A DNA stretch of 64,000 bases from Eledone cirrhosa. Its lineage: Eukaryota. The stretch lies in the NCBI GenBank assembly GCA_964016885.1, contig OZ024745.1, forward strand, positions 127,658,001 through 127,722,000, read 5' to 3'. How positions within the stretch are numbered: the stretch's first letter is position 1; each line of letters opens with the position of its first letter. The position numbers and the translations under genes were made by a program. Shown piece by piece: positions 26,172 to 41,523 of the stretch. The notes under the pieces were generated by a model that worked only from the letters and a program-made list of their open reading frames with translations, did not search any database and was not told the DNA's origin.

Positions 26172-26949
26172 GTCTGTAAGTGTGTTTATGTGCGTGTATG
26201 TGTGTGTATGTGTATATCTACGGTGTTTGAAAATACATTAACACTTGTACACACAAATACGCACGCATAAAGGCTCTGATAAAGAAAGAACATTCAAAGA
26301 TGTGAGTGCATGCTTTGTCATGTGTGTATGTGAATATGTGTATGTTTTTGTTCCCATAGGCTCAAAGCATAGCTGTTCATCTATTGAAAGATACCACTAA
26401 TTACGCTACGAATACACAATCAGAAAATGTTGACAGTTGATGGTCGACTGCAGTTCACATGGTTAATTTTACTGTTATTTTGTTTGTATGGCCATAAAAT
26501 ATAACAACAAACATACAAATAAACAGACAGCAGACAGCTGAACAAAAAAGTAGAGACACATTTTGCGCACGGGTGATACTTCTTGCATTCGTATCAGTGT
26601 CGGCTCAACAGATTGTCATTATATCTGCTTTAAAGAGGTCACATACAAAGCCTAACAGCATGATGAAGAATGCGTAACTAGCTGTTATGTGGTTAAGAGA
26701 TTCGCATGGTAACCACGCAGCTTCTGGTTCGATCCTAATGCGTGGACACTTGAGCAAGCATCATCTACTATTGTACTCTCAATTAAATCGTGGAAACCAT
26801 TTTGCTGGTTCAAGATATAATGAGGGTGAAGATGTGTGTGTGTGAACTTGTCTCGTATATCTCCTTTCTTTATTGATGAGGGTAAAGATGTGTGTGAGAG
26901 AACCTGCCTTAAACATCGCCCTTTCTTTATTTTGTTCTTCCCATTGATC

Positions 26950-27698
26950 TGGCTAGATCACCATGCGGGATCAGCTAAGCTCATGGGAGTTATCCAACCA
27001 TTTTACTCCCGGTTTATCCTTGGGTCTCTTTCTGGTTGTTTTTTCCCCCATAAAATCTGTCCAGCGATTCTATTTTGAGACATTCTAACCCCATGTACGT
27101 AATATCGGAATTGTGATCTCTTAATTAGGAAAAGTAGCAGTTTTACCTGGAGCAATTCTCTGATCTCCGAGCTATGCACTCTATCAAGTAACGTTACTCC
27201 AAAGGCCCTTCGGAGGAACACCATTTTGCTTGTATTCGCGATCGTATTTTTTCGGTCATTATCCAATATTCATGACAATAGGTCAGGGTTGTCACGAATA
27301 CCGATTTGAACATAGCGAGTTTGGTTTTTACACCCACCTCCTTTCTACTGATGACCTAATACCGAAGCAGGGGCATTACTGCACCAGATCTTTCGTGTTG
27401 GAAGTGGTATCAACACTTCGGATGGTATCGGGTCATATCAAGATTTCGGAATTTGCGGTCGACATGGTATTACTTAATTCGTCAGAAGGTGATCTCTGAC
27501 ATGCACATGATAGGTTTGTTGCCGAGTGCTGCACTGCAAGAACGAAAATCAGTGTTTCGAAGACTGAGACACTTGTTTTCTCATAGAAGCCTATACACTG
27601 CACTCTACATATAAGTGGAGTTCCACTGAAGCAGGTGGAGAAGTTCAAGTATCTCGGGGTCATGTTCACAAGTGAAAGACCACAGGAGGCTGAAATAA

Positions 27699-27700
<2 letters not shown>
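26950..27700. mobile_element. RTE-clade LINE fragment with 5' inversion
   Basis: About 27400-27700 encodes on plus EFAVDMVLL...KISVSKTETLV...LKQVEKFKYLGVMFTSE. 26950-27390 encodes the downstream region on minus (MVFLRRAFGVTLLDRVHSSEIRELL). Confidence 0.8.
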
Positions 27701-28430
<730 letters not shown>

Positions 28431-28490
28431 TATATATATATATATATATATATAAGAATTAAAATACTAGAGTGCGTTGTCTCTTTACTT

Positions 28491-28531
28491 GCTCTGATGA
28501 GTCCTTATTAATGGGACGAAACATTGTTGGC
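28491..28531 (+). ncRNA. Type I hammerhead (related to 21046-21092)
   Basis: GCT-CTGATGA-GTCC(TTATTAATG)GGAC-GAAA-CATTG-TT-GGC, then TAATAAA. Lies in a short (TA)n-flanked insert. Confidence 0.8.
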
Positions 28532-28648
28532 TAATAAAGACTTTTGATGTATTGAAAGCCTCTTTGTTTATTTTTTATAATATATATATATAAAATAATT
28601 AAGTCAAATATGTAAAATTTGGCTTCGTTTATTATAAATTATATATTT

Positions 28649-28703
28649 ACTGCTATATATATTTCGGTGACAGCCATGATTGACTGTGACCTCTTCAGGC
28701 AGT
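28649..28703 (-). ncRNA. Type I hammerhead
   Basis: Minus strand: ACTGC-CTGAAGA-GGTcACAGTCA(ATCA)TGGCTGTcACC-GAAA-TATATA-TA-GCAGT. Perfect stem I, long stem II, AUA triplet. Confidence 0.85.
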
Positions 28704-28865
28704 CAGAATTGGTGTGGGAAGGACAGGTACACATGTTGTTGAAGTGTGTTTTACACCGTGAATACATCGATATGTCCAGCTCCTGGGTGTGTTGTTTCTG
28801 TGAGGAACTGGAATCATATGATATGATTCCAGTTCCTTAGAGAAACTAATATTAATATTTTGAAT

Positions 28866-28982
28866 ATGAGTTCAAATCCCGCCGAGGTTGACTTTGCCTT
28901 TCATCCTTACGGGGTCGATAAAATAAAGTACCAGTAATGCACTGGGAAATTGCTGGCCTTGTGCCTAAAGTAGAAACAATTA
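28866..28982 (+). mobile_element. 5'-truncated SINE
   Basis: B-box through 3' end of the dominant SINE. Confidence 0.85.
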
Positions 28983-29084
28983 ATATTTTGTACTGTCTCT
29001 TCGCTTCCTCGTTGTTGTTTTTTAGTTTTTTGTTTTCTGTTTCAACTATAATATACACACTCACACACAACACACACACACACA

Positions 29085-29256
<172 letters not shown>

Positions 29257-29285
29257 GATCAAGAGATGGTTAAAGGAGTTCCATA

Positions 29286-29356
29286 TATTTTATTATGCGC
29301 ATTTCAAAAACAAACATCATCATGCAATAATATTTGTGTTTTCATCAGATAAAATA
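29286..29356 (-). ncRNA. Type I hammerhead (family G, left arm)
   Basis: Reverse complement of 29969-30039. Confidence 0.8.
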
Positions 29357-29968
29357 GGAGAACATGATATGAAGGCTAAAAAACACTTGTGGATAGTGCA
29401 GTTTTAAATCAACATATGAAAAGTGGTTTTAGATTGATGTGTGATATTGGGAAAAATATTTTATTTAGAGAGGGGGGGGGGAAAGGATGAAAAGGGAAGG
29501 AGATGAGAGGGAGAGATGGGTGATAGAGAGAAAGAGATAGTTTTTATAACTGAGAGGAGATATATTTTTTACATAGAGAGGTTGAAAACCGTTGGAAGAT
29601 ACTGTATAAATTAAAAATTTTGAAAATTAACGAAGGGAGGATATGTGCGAGGAAAAAATATTTTATTTAGGGAGGGGGGGTGGAAAAGATGAAAAATTTC
29701 AAAATTTCAAAATTTTTAATTTATACAGTATCTTCCAACGGTTTTCAACCTCTCTATGTAAAAAAATATATCTCCTCTCAGTTATAAAACTATCTCTTTC
29801 TCTCTATCACCCATCTCTCCCTCTCATCTCCTTCCCTTTTCATCCTTCCCCCCCTCTCTAAATAAAATATTTTTCCCAATATCACACATCAATCTAAAAC
29901 CACTTTTCATATGTTGATTTAAAACTGCACTATCCACAAGTGTTTTTAGCCTTCATATCATGTTCTCC

Positions 29969-30039
29969 TATTTTATCTGATGAAAACACAAATATTATTG
30001 CATGATGATGTTTGTTTTTGAAATGCGCATAATAAAATA
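29969..30039 (+). ncRNA. Type I hammerhead (family G, right arm)
   Basis: TATTTTAT-CTGATGA-AAACAcAAATATTATTGCATGATGATGTTTGTTTTT-GAAA-TGCGCA-TA-ATAAAATA. 8-bp stem I, palindromic ATGCGCAT. Confidence 0.8.
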
Positions 30040-30160
30040 TATGGAACTCCTTTAACCATCTTTTGATCTTATATTATGCATACTCCAGTCCCACAAACTG
30101 TAGAGTGCTTCTTATCCGATATCTGCATTGCTTTATTGTACTACAATAAAACTCACCTCC

Positions 30161-30198
<38 letters not shown>

Positions 30199-30312
30199 AT
30201 TTCTTTTTTCCTTTTCCTCATACATGTATATATATATATATATATGAGGGGAGAAAAAAATAAATAGAAAGGTAAATGATGATTGATGCTGATATTGTGA
30301 TTGAATAATAAT

Positions 30313-30351
<39 letters not shown>

Positions 30352-30683
30352 CTTATTTACTTAACGATTGACTGATTTTTGATGACGCATTTCGTTGTCA
30401 ATCTAATTATGGTAACGTCATTGTTTGCTTAGAAAAGAAGGATCAGCAAAGATGTTGTAACTGGTAGAATTGGTGTTGATAACGGACGTAGATGAAGAGA
30501 GTAAGGTTACTAGGTTGTTGGTTGGTTAATAGTTTTAACACTGCAGCAATGGCGGCGGTACACTGTCGTTTTCCCTTACTTGTTTTTTTTCACATATAAC
30601 AGCGACAATATTTATTCTGTACTACAAATCAGTTGAATCACAGCCACAATGTAATTGAATGCCAACTGTTCTGAATGAAAAAT

Positions 30684-30845
<162 letters not shown>

Positions 30846-30847
30846 AC

Positions 30848-30913
<66 letters not shown>

Positions 30914-31014
30914 GTCATATATCTCAATATATACATGTATACGTATACATACATATGTATATGTACATGTATATATATATGTTATACATATATATATATT
31001 TATATATAAATAAG

Positions 31015-31091
<77 letters not shown>

Positions 31092-31125
31092 CACACACAC
31101 ACACGCACACACACACACACACACA

Positions 31126-31186
<61 letters not shown>

Positions 31187-31481
31187 GTATGCTGAGTATA
31201 TGGTACTGTATGCAAATCTAATGTTTCAGATGTTGTGTTGTTTAAGACAAGGTATTAATTGAGTCTTATCCATGCCAAGACATGCCTGTCTATTGAACTC
31301 GAATATATTTGGCAATTGGTTTCTTTTCAATGAAGTCTATATTAAAATGCTGAATACGAAGAGACGATGTTGAGTAATTTATACATACACAAACGTAACC
31401 ATACATGCATTAATGTATTTATAAGCACACACAGGCCACACGAAAACACAAAAACACAGGAAAACACAAAAACACACACAC

Positions 31482-31568
<87 letters not shown>

Positions 31569-31631
31569 TATTTATGTATATATATATGTATATATGTATA
31601 TATGTATATATATATATATATATATATTATA

Positions 31632-31829
31632 GTTTTAATATAGAAGAGATTCAACAGGACTAGGACTATTTCATTCGTGAGAAATCATCTGGAATAAAAT
31701 TCCTGATGATTTCTCACGAATGAAACAGTTCTAGTCCTGTAGAATCTCTTCTATATTAAAACTTTTATACTCTGCTATGTATTGAGTACCTTACTTACTG
31801 TGGTTACCTCCGATTCAACCCGGAATAAC
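31632..31829 (+). mobile_element. Family B inverted module in (TA)n
   Basis: 31632-31695 is the inverted copy of 31699-31763, followed by a tail to CCCGGAATAAC. Confidence 0.85.
31699..31745 (+). ncRNA. Canonical type I hammerhead (family B)
   Basis: ATTC-CTGATGA-TTTC(TCAC)GAAT-GAAA-CAG(TTCTAGTC)CTG-TA-GAAT. Confidence 0.85.
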
Positions 31830-31862
31830 TTATATATATATTATATATATATATATATATAT

Positions 31863-31912
<50 letters not shown>

Positions 31913-32999
31913 CATATATGCATCAATCTACCATACATTCATACATGCATACTCACACACATGCTATAAAAATCACACACACACCGGCTACACAAACACA
32001 CACACACATGTATGTATATGTATACATATAAGCCTCACTCTACATGTCTTTCTATCTCTCTCTCTCCCTCTATCTCTTTCTCTCTAGAAATATATATGTG
32101 TGTGTGTGTATTTATGTTTGTGTGTGTGTGTATGTGTGTGTGCGTGCGCGTGCTTAGAAGGAGGGAAAATAGATCTATTTATCTTTTTTATTCTTTTTCT
32201 CTCTAGAAATATATATGTATGTATATGTATGTGTGTGCTTTTGTGCTCACGTGTGTCTATATGTATGTGTGTGCTTTTGTGCTCACGTATGTGTATGTGT
32301 GTGTTTGTGTTCATGTGCGTGCGTGTGTGTGTGTGGGTGGGTGTCTGTGCTTGGAAGGAGGCAAAAAGAAAAAGATCTCTCATCCCTTTATTTCTCTCTC
32401 TCTTTCACTCTCTTTAGATATATACATATATATCGATATATGTGTGTGTGGTGTGTGGTGGTGGTGGTGGTGGGATTCTGTGTGTGTGTGTGTGGGGGGG
32501 GATTCTGTCTGTGTGTGTCTGTGTGTGTGTGTTCTTGGAAGGAGGGAAAAGGAAAAACGATCCATCTATCTCTTTCTCTAGAAATATATATTTATGTATG
32601 TGTGTGTGAGTACGTGTGTATGTGTGAGTGTGTGTGTGTGTAAGTACGTGTGTATTGGTGTGCATGTGTGTGTGCGCGCTAGGAAGGAGGGAAAAAAGAA
32701 AAAGAAAGATGGTACAGATTGATAAGAGATTTACATGTTGCCTATGTTAAAGCCTTTCCACTCGTGATCGTACATACAGAATGTGTCCGCTCCGTATACC
32801 AGGATATATCTCATTCTACTTCTTAGTAACCTGAGTCTGTAATGAAGAAGGGTTTCCCAGTTGGAAGTTCTTTGTTTATGAAGATAATGACCTTGAGATA
32901 TTCGTCAATGTCACAATGTCCTTCCTCCTGTGTCTCTATGTTTCTGGTGGTTTCTGAAATATTCTACTGTATATTATACTATCAACCTCATTCTGGCCG

Positions 33000-33242
33000 C
33001 CATGATCATCGTAGTCATCGTCATCATCATCATCGTCATCATCATCGCCATCATCATCATCATCATCGTCATCATCATCGCCATCATCATCATCACCATC
33101 ATCATCGTCATCATCACCATCATCATCATCATCATCATCACCATCATTGTCGTCGTCGTCATCATCATCGTCATCATCATCATCAATGTCATCATCATCA
33201 TCACCACCATCATCATCATCATCATCACCATCATCGTCATCG

Positions 33243-33280
<38 letters not shown>

Positions 33281-33380
33281 GTCATCATCACCATCAACGT
33301 CATCATCATCATCATCATCATCGTCATCATCACCATCAACATCATCACCAGCATCACCATCATCACCATCATCGCAATCA
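33000..33380. repeat. (CAT)n imperfect tract, probable expanded tail of the adjacent RTE LINE
   Basis: Abuts the 3' end of the minus-strand RTE. Confidence 0.85.
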
Positions 33381-33384
33381 TAAT

Positions 33385-34200
33385 AATGTTCTTCTTCTGG
33401 ACCCTCCAAGTGAGATCAGCCAAGTTCTTGGATGTTATCCAACCAACTTGCTCGGGGTATACCCCTGGGCATCTTGCCGGTTGGTTTTGCCTGTAAAATC
33501 TGTTCAGTGATTCTTTCCAAAGACATTCTAACCACATAACCATAGCATCGGAGCTAGGATCTCCCAATTAGGAAAGGTAGCGGCTCTACCTGGAGTGTCT
33601 CTCTGATCTCGGAGCTACACACTCTGTCGAGTAACGTTACTCTAAAGACCCTTCGAAGGAATCCCATTTCTACCGCTTCTGTTCGTGATCATATTCTTTC
33701 GGTTATTACCCAAGAATCAGGACCATAAGTAAGGGTTCACCCAAATTTCGTATTGGAGATAGCGAGTCCTACCTGCCTTCATGTGGTTACCGAATGCTGA
33801 AGCTGGCACATTACTGCACCAGATCCTGCAATCCATACACATAATTCAGACTCCTGCCTTCCACCACCCGTGAACACAGCCCCAAATTACTTGAACTTCT
33901 GTGCCTGCTTCAGTAGAACTCCATTTACAAGAAGAGTTTATTGCGCAGGCTTTCATCAGAGAACAAGTGTCTCAGTTTTCGCAACACTGATTTTCATTCC
34001 AGCCATGCAGCACTCGGCTTCAAACCCATCAATTGTAAGTCGCAGATCATCTTCTGTCAAGTTAAGTAACACCTTGTCGTCTGCAAATTCCAGTCGACTG
34101 ATTTTACACCTGCCAGTCGTGATACCACTTCCAACTGGGCTGCGTATGTCAATCCTGTTCATGTAAATAATGAACAGGAGAGGTGACAGTAAGCCCACTA
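33385..34200 (-). mobile_element. 5'-truncated RTE-clade LINE (RT domain to 3' end), degenerate
   Basis: LLSPLLFIIYMNRI...ISRLEFADDKVLL...GMKISVAKTETLVL (RT motifs including FADD). Same family as 26950-27700 and 44110-44575. Confidence 0.85.
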
Positions 34201-34780
34201 GCAATACTGTTCACCTACACATCTATTAATTTCATCAATAAGGGTCTTAATCATATTTTTATTTCTTGATTCTATAAACTGGTGAATTCTATAAACTTGT
34301 AAACGAAAACATTCTAGTAATATTTATTAGAATTAGACCACAACCTAACGGAAAACAAAATGTCACTCCATTACCAGAAATTTAACATTAACTCATAAAT
34401 GTAGAAAAGTTGTATTTGTATATCAAACATAAAAACGTATGATATCTTACACATATACACACACTGAGCTATAAATAGACGTCTTATATATATATATACA
34501 TACGTATATACACATATACACATATACTCATACAACTATAAGCACATACTCATTATACATACATACACAGACACAACTATAAGCACACGTCCAATATACA
34601 TATATACATACACACAAGTGCACACTCACGGTCAATATACATACATACGCACACACTACAAGCACATGGCCAATATACATACATGCATGCTACACATACA
34701 CACCACACATACACGCACTCAAATACAAGCAAACATCCCATACATTTATATATACATATATATATATAAACATATATATG

Positions 34781-34840
<60 letters not shown>

Positions 34841-34845
<5 letters not shown>

Positions 34846-35033
34846 AAATGTTTGACCCCGACGGCAGAACTCAAGCCGTTTTGACGGCTGTTTCTGGACT
34901 GAAATAGCCGTCGAAACGGCTTGAGCTCTGCCGTCGGAGTCAAACATTTTCCTATTACCCACTCTACTACCCTAAGTAGTGAGTACTCTGGTGCGTTATG
35001 GTCCATCTGGTTCCCTACCATACATCCTTCGTT
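34841..35033 (+). mobile_element. Family C palindromic module in (TA)n
   Basis: Same structure and tail as 15832-16036. Confidence 0.85.
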
Positions 35034-35621
35034 ATATATATATATATATATACATACACACCACACACACACACACACTCACACACATATATATATATAC
35101 AAACATACATACATACATACACACATACATACATACGTGCTACACATACATATATTTTCTGTTCTTCATTTATTATATGTAGTTCTTCATTTATTATATG
35201 TAGTTCTTCATTTATTCATGTCCTGTTAAATAAAATGAGTTGAGTGCTATCAACCAGTTAATGTTCAATCAATCACATTCTAATGCCTCATCCAATGTAT
35301 TAGATTTCCATTGCCATGTAATATGGAAAGATTAACTGAGCATTTGGCTGATCAGTATCCATCATCGGAGTGAGAAAAACCTAATTGTTATACGCTAAAG
35401 TATTAGTTTCGGCTGAACGATTGTTACATAAAACGAACTTAACTAACACATTTTGTCTTGTGCAATTACGTTATTGATTGTTACTATGTTCAATGCTGAT
35501 GATAAAAGAACACTAAAGAATGATTCTCAGAAGAGAATAAGTTTCTTGTGTTCGCTAGTGAGAAAATCATGTTTATAAAGCTACCTGTATTAACCAAAGT
35601 TAAAAATAAACCATTTGTATT

Positions 35622-35680
<59 letters not shown>

Positions 35681-35917
35681 TTTGTTTGTTTGTTTGTTTG
35701 TTTGTTTATTTATTGGTTTATTTAGTTGTTTCCTTAGATGTGTATATATGTGTTTTATTGAATAGAATGGTTTCAAACGATTTCAAATGTAGAAATTGAA
35801 TAATAGTGATGGGCGTGTTGAAACAGGTAGAGAAATCATAATAAACAGGCTTTATACCTATATGTATTCCTGTATATATATATATGCACAAACAATCACA
35901 TCCCACGATTTCCTGTA

Positions 35918-36106
<189 letters not shown>

Positions 36107-36109
36107 ATA

Positions 36110-36165
<56 letters not shown>

Positions 36166-36171
36166 TGTATA

Positions 36172-36221
<50 letters not shown>

Positions 36222-36224
<3 letters not shown>

Positions 36225-36412
36225 CGAAGGAAATGTGGTAAGGAACCAGGTGGACCATAACGCACCAAAGTACTCAATACTTGAGGTAGTAGAGTGGGTA
36301 ATAGGAACCGGTAAGACCCCGACGGCTGAGCTCAAGCCGTTTCGACGGCTAATTCAGGTCCAGAATTAGCCGTCGAAACGGCTTAAGCTCAGCCGTCGGG
36401 GTCTTACCGGTT

Positions 36413-36416
<4 letters not shown>
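36222..36416 (-). mobile_element. Family C palindromic module in (TA)n
   Basis: Tail TAACGAAGG... then a palindrome centred on GCTAATTC-AGGTCCA-GAATTAGC. Confidence 0.85.
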
Positions 36417-36466
<50 letters not shown>

Positions 36467-36521
36467 TAAATATATATATATATATATAGATGTATGTAAA
36501 TATATATATGTGTATATATAT

Positions 36522-36586
<65 letters not shown>

Positions 36587-36640
36587 TATATGTATATATA
36601 TATATATATATACATGTGTATATATATAGATTATATATAC

Positions 36641-36724
<84 letters not shown>

Positions 36725-36784
36725 CAATAAATAGGCACGCAGAGACAGATAGATTTGGAATCATACACGCACGCATATATATAC

Positions 36785-36827
<43 letters not shown>

Positions 36828-37045
36828 TTACATGCACAGATACATAAATACATATATACATACAAACATACATAGTTAGGATGCTACAAGAACAATCCAA
36901 TAATGGAACTGTAAAAATATGTAAAACATTCCAAAAATGGTGCATGTAATAACTGCATATACACACGTATAGTTATGCACGTGTATACATATAACTCACC
37001 ACATAAAGATCCACACATGCACTAACATCCATACCTGCACACACA

Positions 37046-37186
<141 letters not shown>

Positions 37187-37524
37187 TTACACACACATCT
37201 GCAGACATACATAGATATTTACCTAGTTAATGTCTAAATAAAGATTTATAGAATAATATAAGTAAAGATTTATAGAATAATGAAACCAGAAGAGCCTACA
37301 TATATGTGTGTGCTTATGTGTGTGTGCTTATATGTGTGTGCTTACATGTGTGTGCTTATATGTGTATTCTTATATGTGTACGTGATTGTCGGAATATTCC
37401 AATACCGGGATAGAATTATGGATTATTCTGAGTTATTGAATCTTCGAATTCAAATATAAAATATTCTCTCTAACTTGTATAGATGTATACTTGCCTGCTT
37501 GCATAATTGCATGTATGCCCGAAC

Positions 37525-37560
<36 letters not shown>

Positions 37561-37656
37561 TTATATATATGTGTGTGTGTGTGTGTGTGTTTCGTTGGCT
37601 GGGCTACAGCCGAAGCATGGATTTTACTAAACTTCCATTTGTATATATATATATAT

Positions 37657-37903
37657 TTAATATAGAAATAACTTCTACATGATTAGAACTGTTTCATTCG
37701 GGAGAAATCATCAGGAAGCTCTCATGATTTCTCCCGAATGAAACAGTTCTAGTCCTGTGGAATCCATTTCTATATTAAATATTTATACTCTTGTATGTAT
37801 TGAGTACCTTACTTACTGTGGTTACCTCCGATTGAACCCAGGATAAACTTATATATATAAGTTTATCCCGGGTTCAATCGGGGGTAACCACAGTAAGCAA
37901 GGT
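37657..37903 (+). mobile_element. Family B inverted module plus an opposed tail fragment; HHR on minus strand at 37671-37719
   Basis: Minus strand GCTTC-CTGATGA-TTTC(TCCC)GAAT-GAAA-CAG...ATG-TA-GAAGT. Stem I differs from the 13944 copy but still pairs. Confidence 0.8.
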
Positions 37904-37928
37904 ACACACATATGTGTGTGTGTACGTT

Positions 37929-38005
<77 letters not shown>

Positions 38006-38164
38006 GATAACAAAATATCGTTATAGGTAATCCAATTAGAGGTTGAGAATACTTCTTATTATGGATAGTTTTAGCGTACGGCGTTGCTTGACTCAACAAG
38101 AGGTTTACGTAGATGACGAGTTTATGATTTCACTTGTCTTCCTATGTAAGTTTATCTTGGAGTA

Positions 38165-38578
38165 ATAAAATTGAAAAAGTGGAGAATAACATGGTCAAGA
38201 GTGCAAAAAATGGGATTTATTTGTAGTCAAACAATTGTTTCACTGATAAAGTTGTCTAAAAATTGCTGAACACTAAAAGCAGTGCCACTCAATTTTAAAT
38301 ACGATGTTAGCTCTATCAGATTTTCGGAAACTGTTAAAAATATATATATGTAACCGGAAAATTTACCGGTTACATATATATTTGCCGGTTACATATATAT
38401 TTTTTTAACAGTTTCCGAAGATCTGATAGAGCTAACATAGTATTTAAAATTGAGTGACACTGCTTCTGGCGTTCAGCAATTTTTAGACAACTTTATTAGT
38501 GAAACAATTGTTTGACTGCAAATAAATCCCCTTTTTTGCACTGTTGACCATGTTATTCTCCACTTTTTCAATTTTATA
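38165..38578. mobile_element. Family H inverted repeat (about 200-bp arms) with a degenerate long-stem-II hammerhead at 38409-38518 (+)
   Basis: Arms meet near 38350-38392. CAGTTT-CCGAAGA-TCTGATAGAG...CTTTATTAGT-GAAA-CAATTG-TT-TGACTG. Confidence 0.6.
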
Positions 38579-38870
38579 TATATATACTATAAATTATGTC
38601 CTTAGAATCATTTGATAAAATATAAACTCAATTTCCTCTCCCAATTAGCATAATCAACCACGCAAAAAAAAAAATTAAACCAGGCTATAAGATTAAAAGG
38701 CACCTGTAAAGAAATAATAGATACATAAACGATAACCATCTATTCGCGGTCAACAGCCATATTCAATAGCATTTCAGTAGCACGTGGAAATCGATTAAAT
38801 ATATCGTCAACCATACACAATTATGTATAACATTAAAGTTAGAAGAAAAAATGCATATATACATACCAGG

Positions 38871-38968
<98 letters not shown>

Positions 38969-40259
38969 TGCGCGCGTGTGTGTGTCCACGTGTATGTCCA
39001 CGTGTGGGTTTGTGTGTGTGTCTGTGTCTGTGTGTACGTGCGTGTGTTTGTTTGTGTGAGTGTGTGTTTTTGTGTGCGTGTGTGTCTGTGTGCGTGCGTG
39101 TGTGTGTGTGTGTGCGTGCGCGCGTGTGTGTGTGTATGTGTGTGTGTGCGCGTGTGTATATCATTACATTGTAAATAAGGGCTATGTCTATTCGTACATC
39201 TATATACAAATACTTTTCTTTACCTGACACAACAATAGACTCACTGACTAAACTGGAATTAGTTATCTTTCCTTTACTAAACGACTGAATTACCGATGCT
39301 ATTACAACTCTAGCTTTTAACGTATAATTTATTAATATTCTCGCGTTTAATTCCCCTCGTAAACAACAGATGAACATGTAATTGATATTTTACTATTACA
39401 TATGTATTTCTGCACTGTGTTAATTAACAGAACATTAATCTGGGAAGTAGTCGCCATGTTGTGGAAATCTGAAAATCATTAAAATATCGATGGAGGCACC
39501 AAATTTGAGAGAGTAATATATATATTCAAAATTTTGTAAAATCTAAGATAAATATTTGTATATTTATCTAAGGTCCCGTAACTCCTGATAGAAGAGTTGC
39601 AGGGACGACTTATTGACATTTGGCGTTTCTTGTGCATTTTTTTAAATCCTGGCGGAGCCATCCCTCTTCAGGTCTGAGTACAGCAGATTTCTTCCAGAGA
39701 AAGATAGAAAGTGAGAGAAGGAAATGAGAAAGAGATATAGAGGAAGAGTGATCCCAGTACTAGATTTGTACTTTATTTATCGACCTCGAAAGGATGAAAG
39801 GCAAAGTTTACCCTGGCGGGATTTGAACGTCGAGAGCGGAAAGCCGGAACGAATAACGTAAAGCGTTCTATACGACGTTCTAACGACTCTGCGGATTCGT
39901 CGCATAAGATAAATATTTACATACTTTAAAAAGAAAATTCTGAAGTTAAGTAAATTTTGATATCCGCGGTTGTCATGGATATCAAAACGTATCACACGGT
40001 TTTGCTAACGGCTCCCTTTAAACATGTTAAAACTAGCTTAACTAACATTTTCAACGGGTTTTCAACGGGTTTTATGGGCAAAATTAAGTTAGGAGACCCA
40101 GGGGTAGACCCTGAGCAAGATGGTTAGATAACATTCATGGGGTTGGCTGATTTCACTTGAGTATCCAGCCGGATCAGTTGGAGTCGATTGCACTTGATAG
40201 GATCCGTTGGAAGGATAGGATCCGTGTGTTTGTGTGTGTGTGTGCTTGTGTCTGTGTAC

Positions 40260-40336
<77 letters not shown>

Positions 40337-40362
40337 TGTATATATATATATATATATATATA

Positions 40363-41242
40363 CGAGGTGTGTCAGAAAATTTCCAGGACTGATGTCACAA
40401 AAGATTTACTTCAAACCCAAACTTCACACTCAGGGTTTTCTCCTTCAAAGTAACCCCCCCCCCTGGAGTCTAATGCACTTTTCCATCCTTTTCTGCCACG
40501 CTTGCATGCACTCCTGGAAGGATTCTTCCGGGATCCTCTGCAGTTCCGTCGTCACGGCCTTTTTGATGTCGTCCACGTCTTCAAAACGGGTCCCCTCCGA
40601 GTCGTACTCGAAGATCCATGACTCATCACCGGTGATGACTGTCCCTAGCAAGTCTGGTTCAGTTTCAAGATGCTCGAGGATGTCCTGGCACACTTGCATG
40701 CGTCGACCCGTCTGGTCATCGTTCAGCAGTTTTTCGCGCAGACTTTCCGCATGTCCAAATATTCAGTGAAAATCTTCCAGACGCTGTCCCGATTCATGCC
40801 CAGCTCATTTGCCATCAGTCGAACAGTCAGCCGACGATCGCTACGCACCATCTGCTTGACGCGCTCAACGTTGACCTCAGTCCTGGTTGTTGAGGGCCTT
40901 CCGCTCCTGGGGTCATCTTGCACCACTCAAAAACATGTGAGCGTGACATCGTTTCATCTCCATACACTTGCTGCAGCAATCCCACTGCTTCTGACGGAGT
41001 TTTCCCCAACTGTACCAGAAACTTCAAATCTGTTCGTTGCTCTGTGCCCATTGCTTGACGACCTGAAACAGAGGACATGTATATAAAATTATGAAGAAAA
41101 AAGTTTGATCGCTGCAGAGAGCTAAGATTACAATTACATACTCGATGGGGATTACTTCGAAGGAGAAAACTCTAAGTGTGTAGTTCGGGTTTGAAATAAA
41201 TCTTTTGTGACATCAGTCCTGGAACTTTTCTGACACACCTCG
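40363..41242 (-). mobile_element. Internally deleted mariner (Tc1/mariner) transposon
   Basis: TIRs CGAGGTGTGTCAGAAAA.TTCCAGGACTGATGTCACAAAAGATTTA with TA TSD. Frameshifted transposase: EQRTDLKFLVQLGKTPSE, DDPRSGRPST, VITGDESWIFEYD fused to GTRFEDVDDIKKAV. The second and third catalytic Asp region is deleted. Confidence 0.95.
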
Positions 41243-41445
41243 TATATATATATATATCCTCGTATACATATCCCTCAAAGTCACCCGACGGATTCGTTAT
41301 GTCGATATATAAGCCAGGTTTCATAGCGTGAATTAGATGTAGAATCATATTTTATCACAACCCATTATTTCATATCACGCCATTATGTAGCCGCAAAGCC
41401 AACACTTTATTGTCATTGTTATTGTTGCAGTTGTTGTAGTTGTTT

Positions 41446-41523
<78 letters not shown>

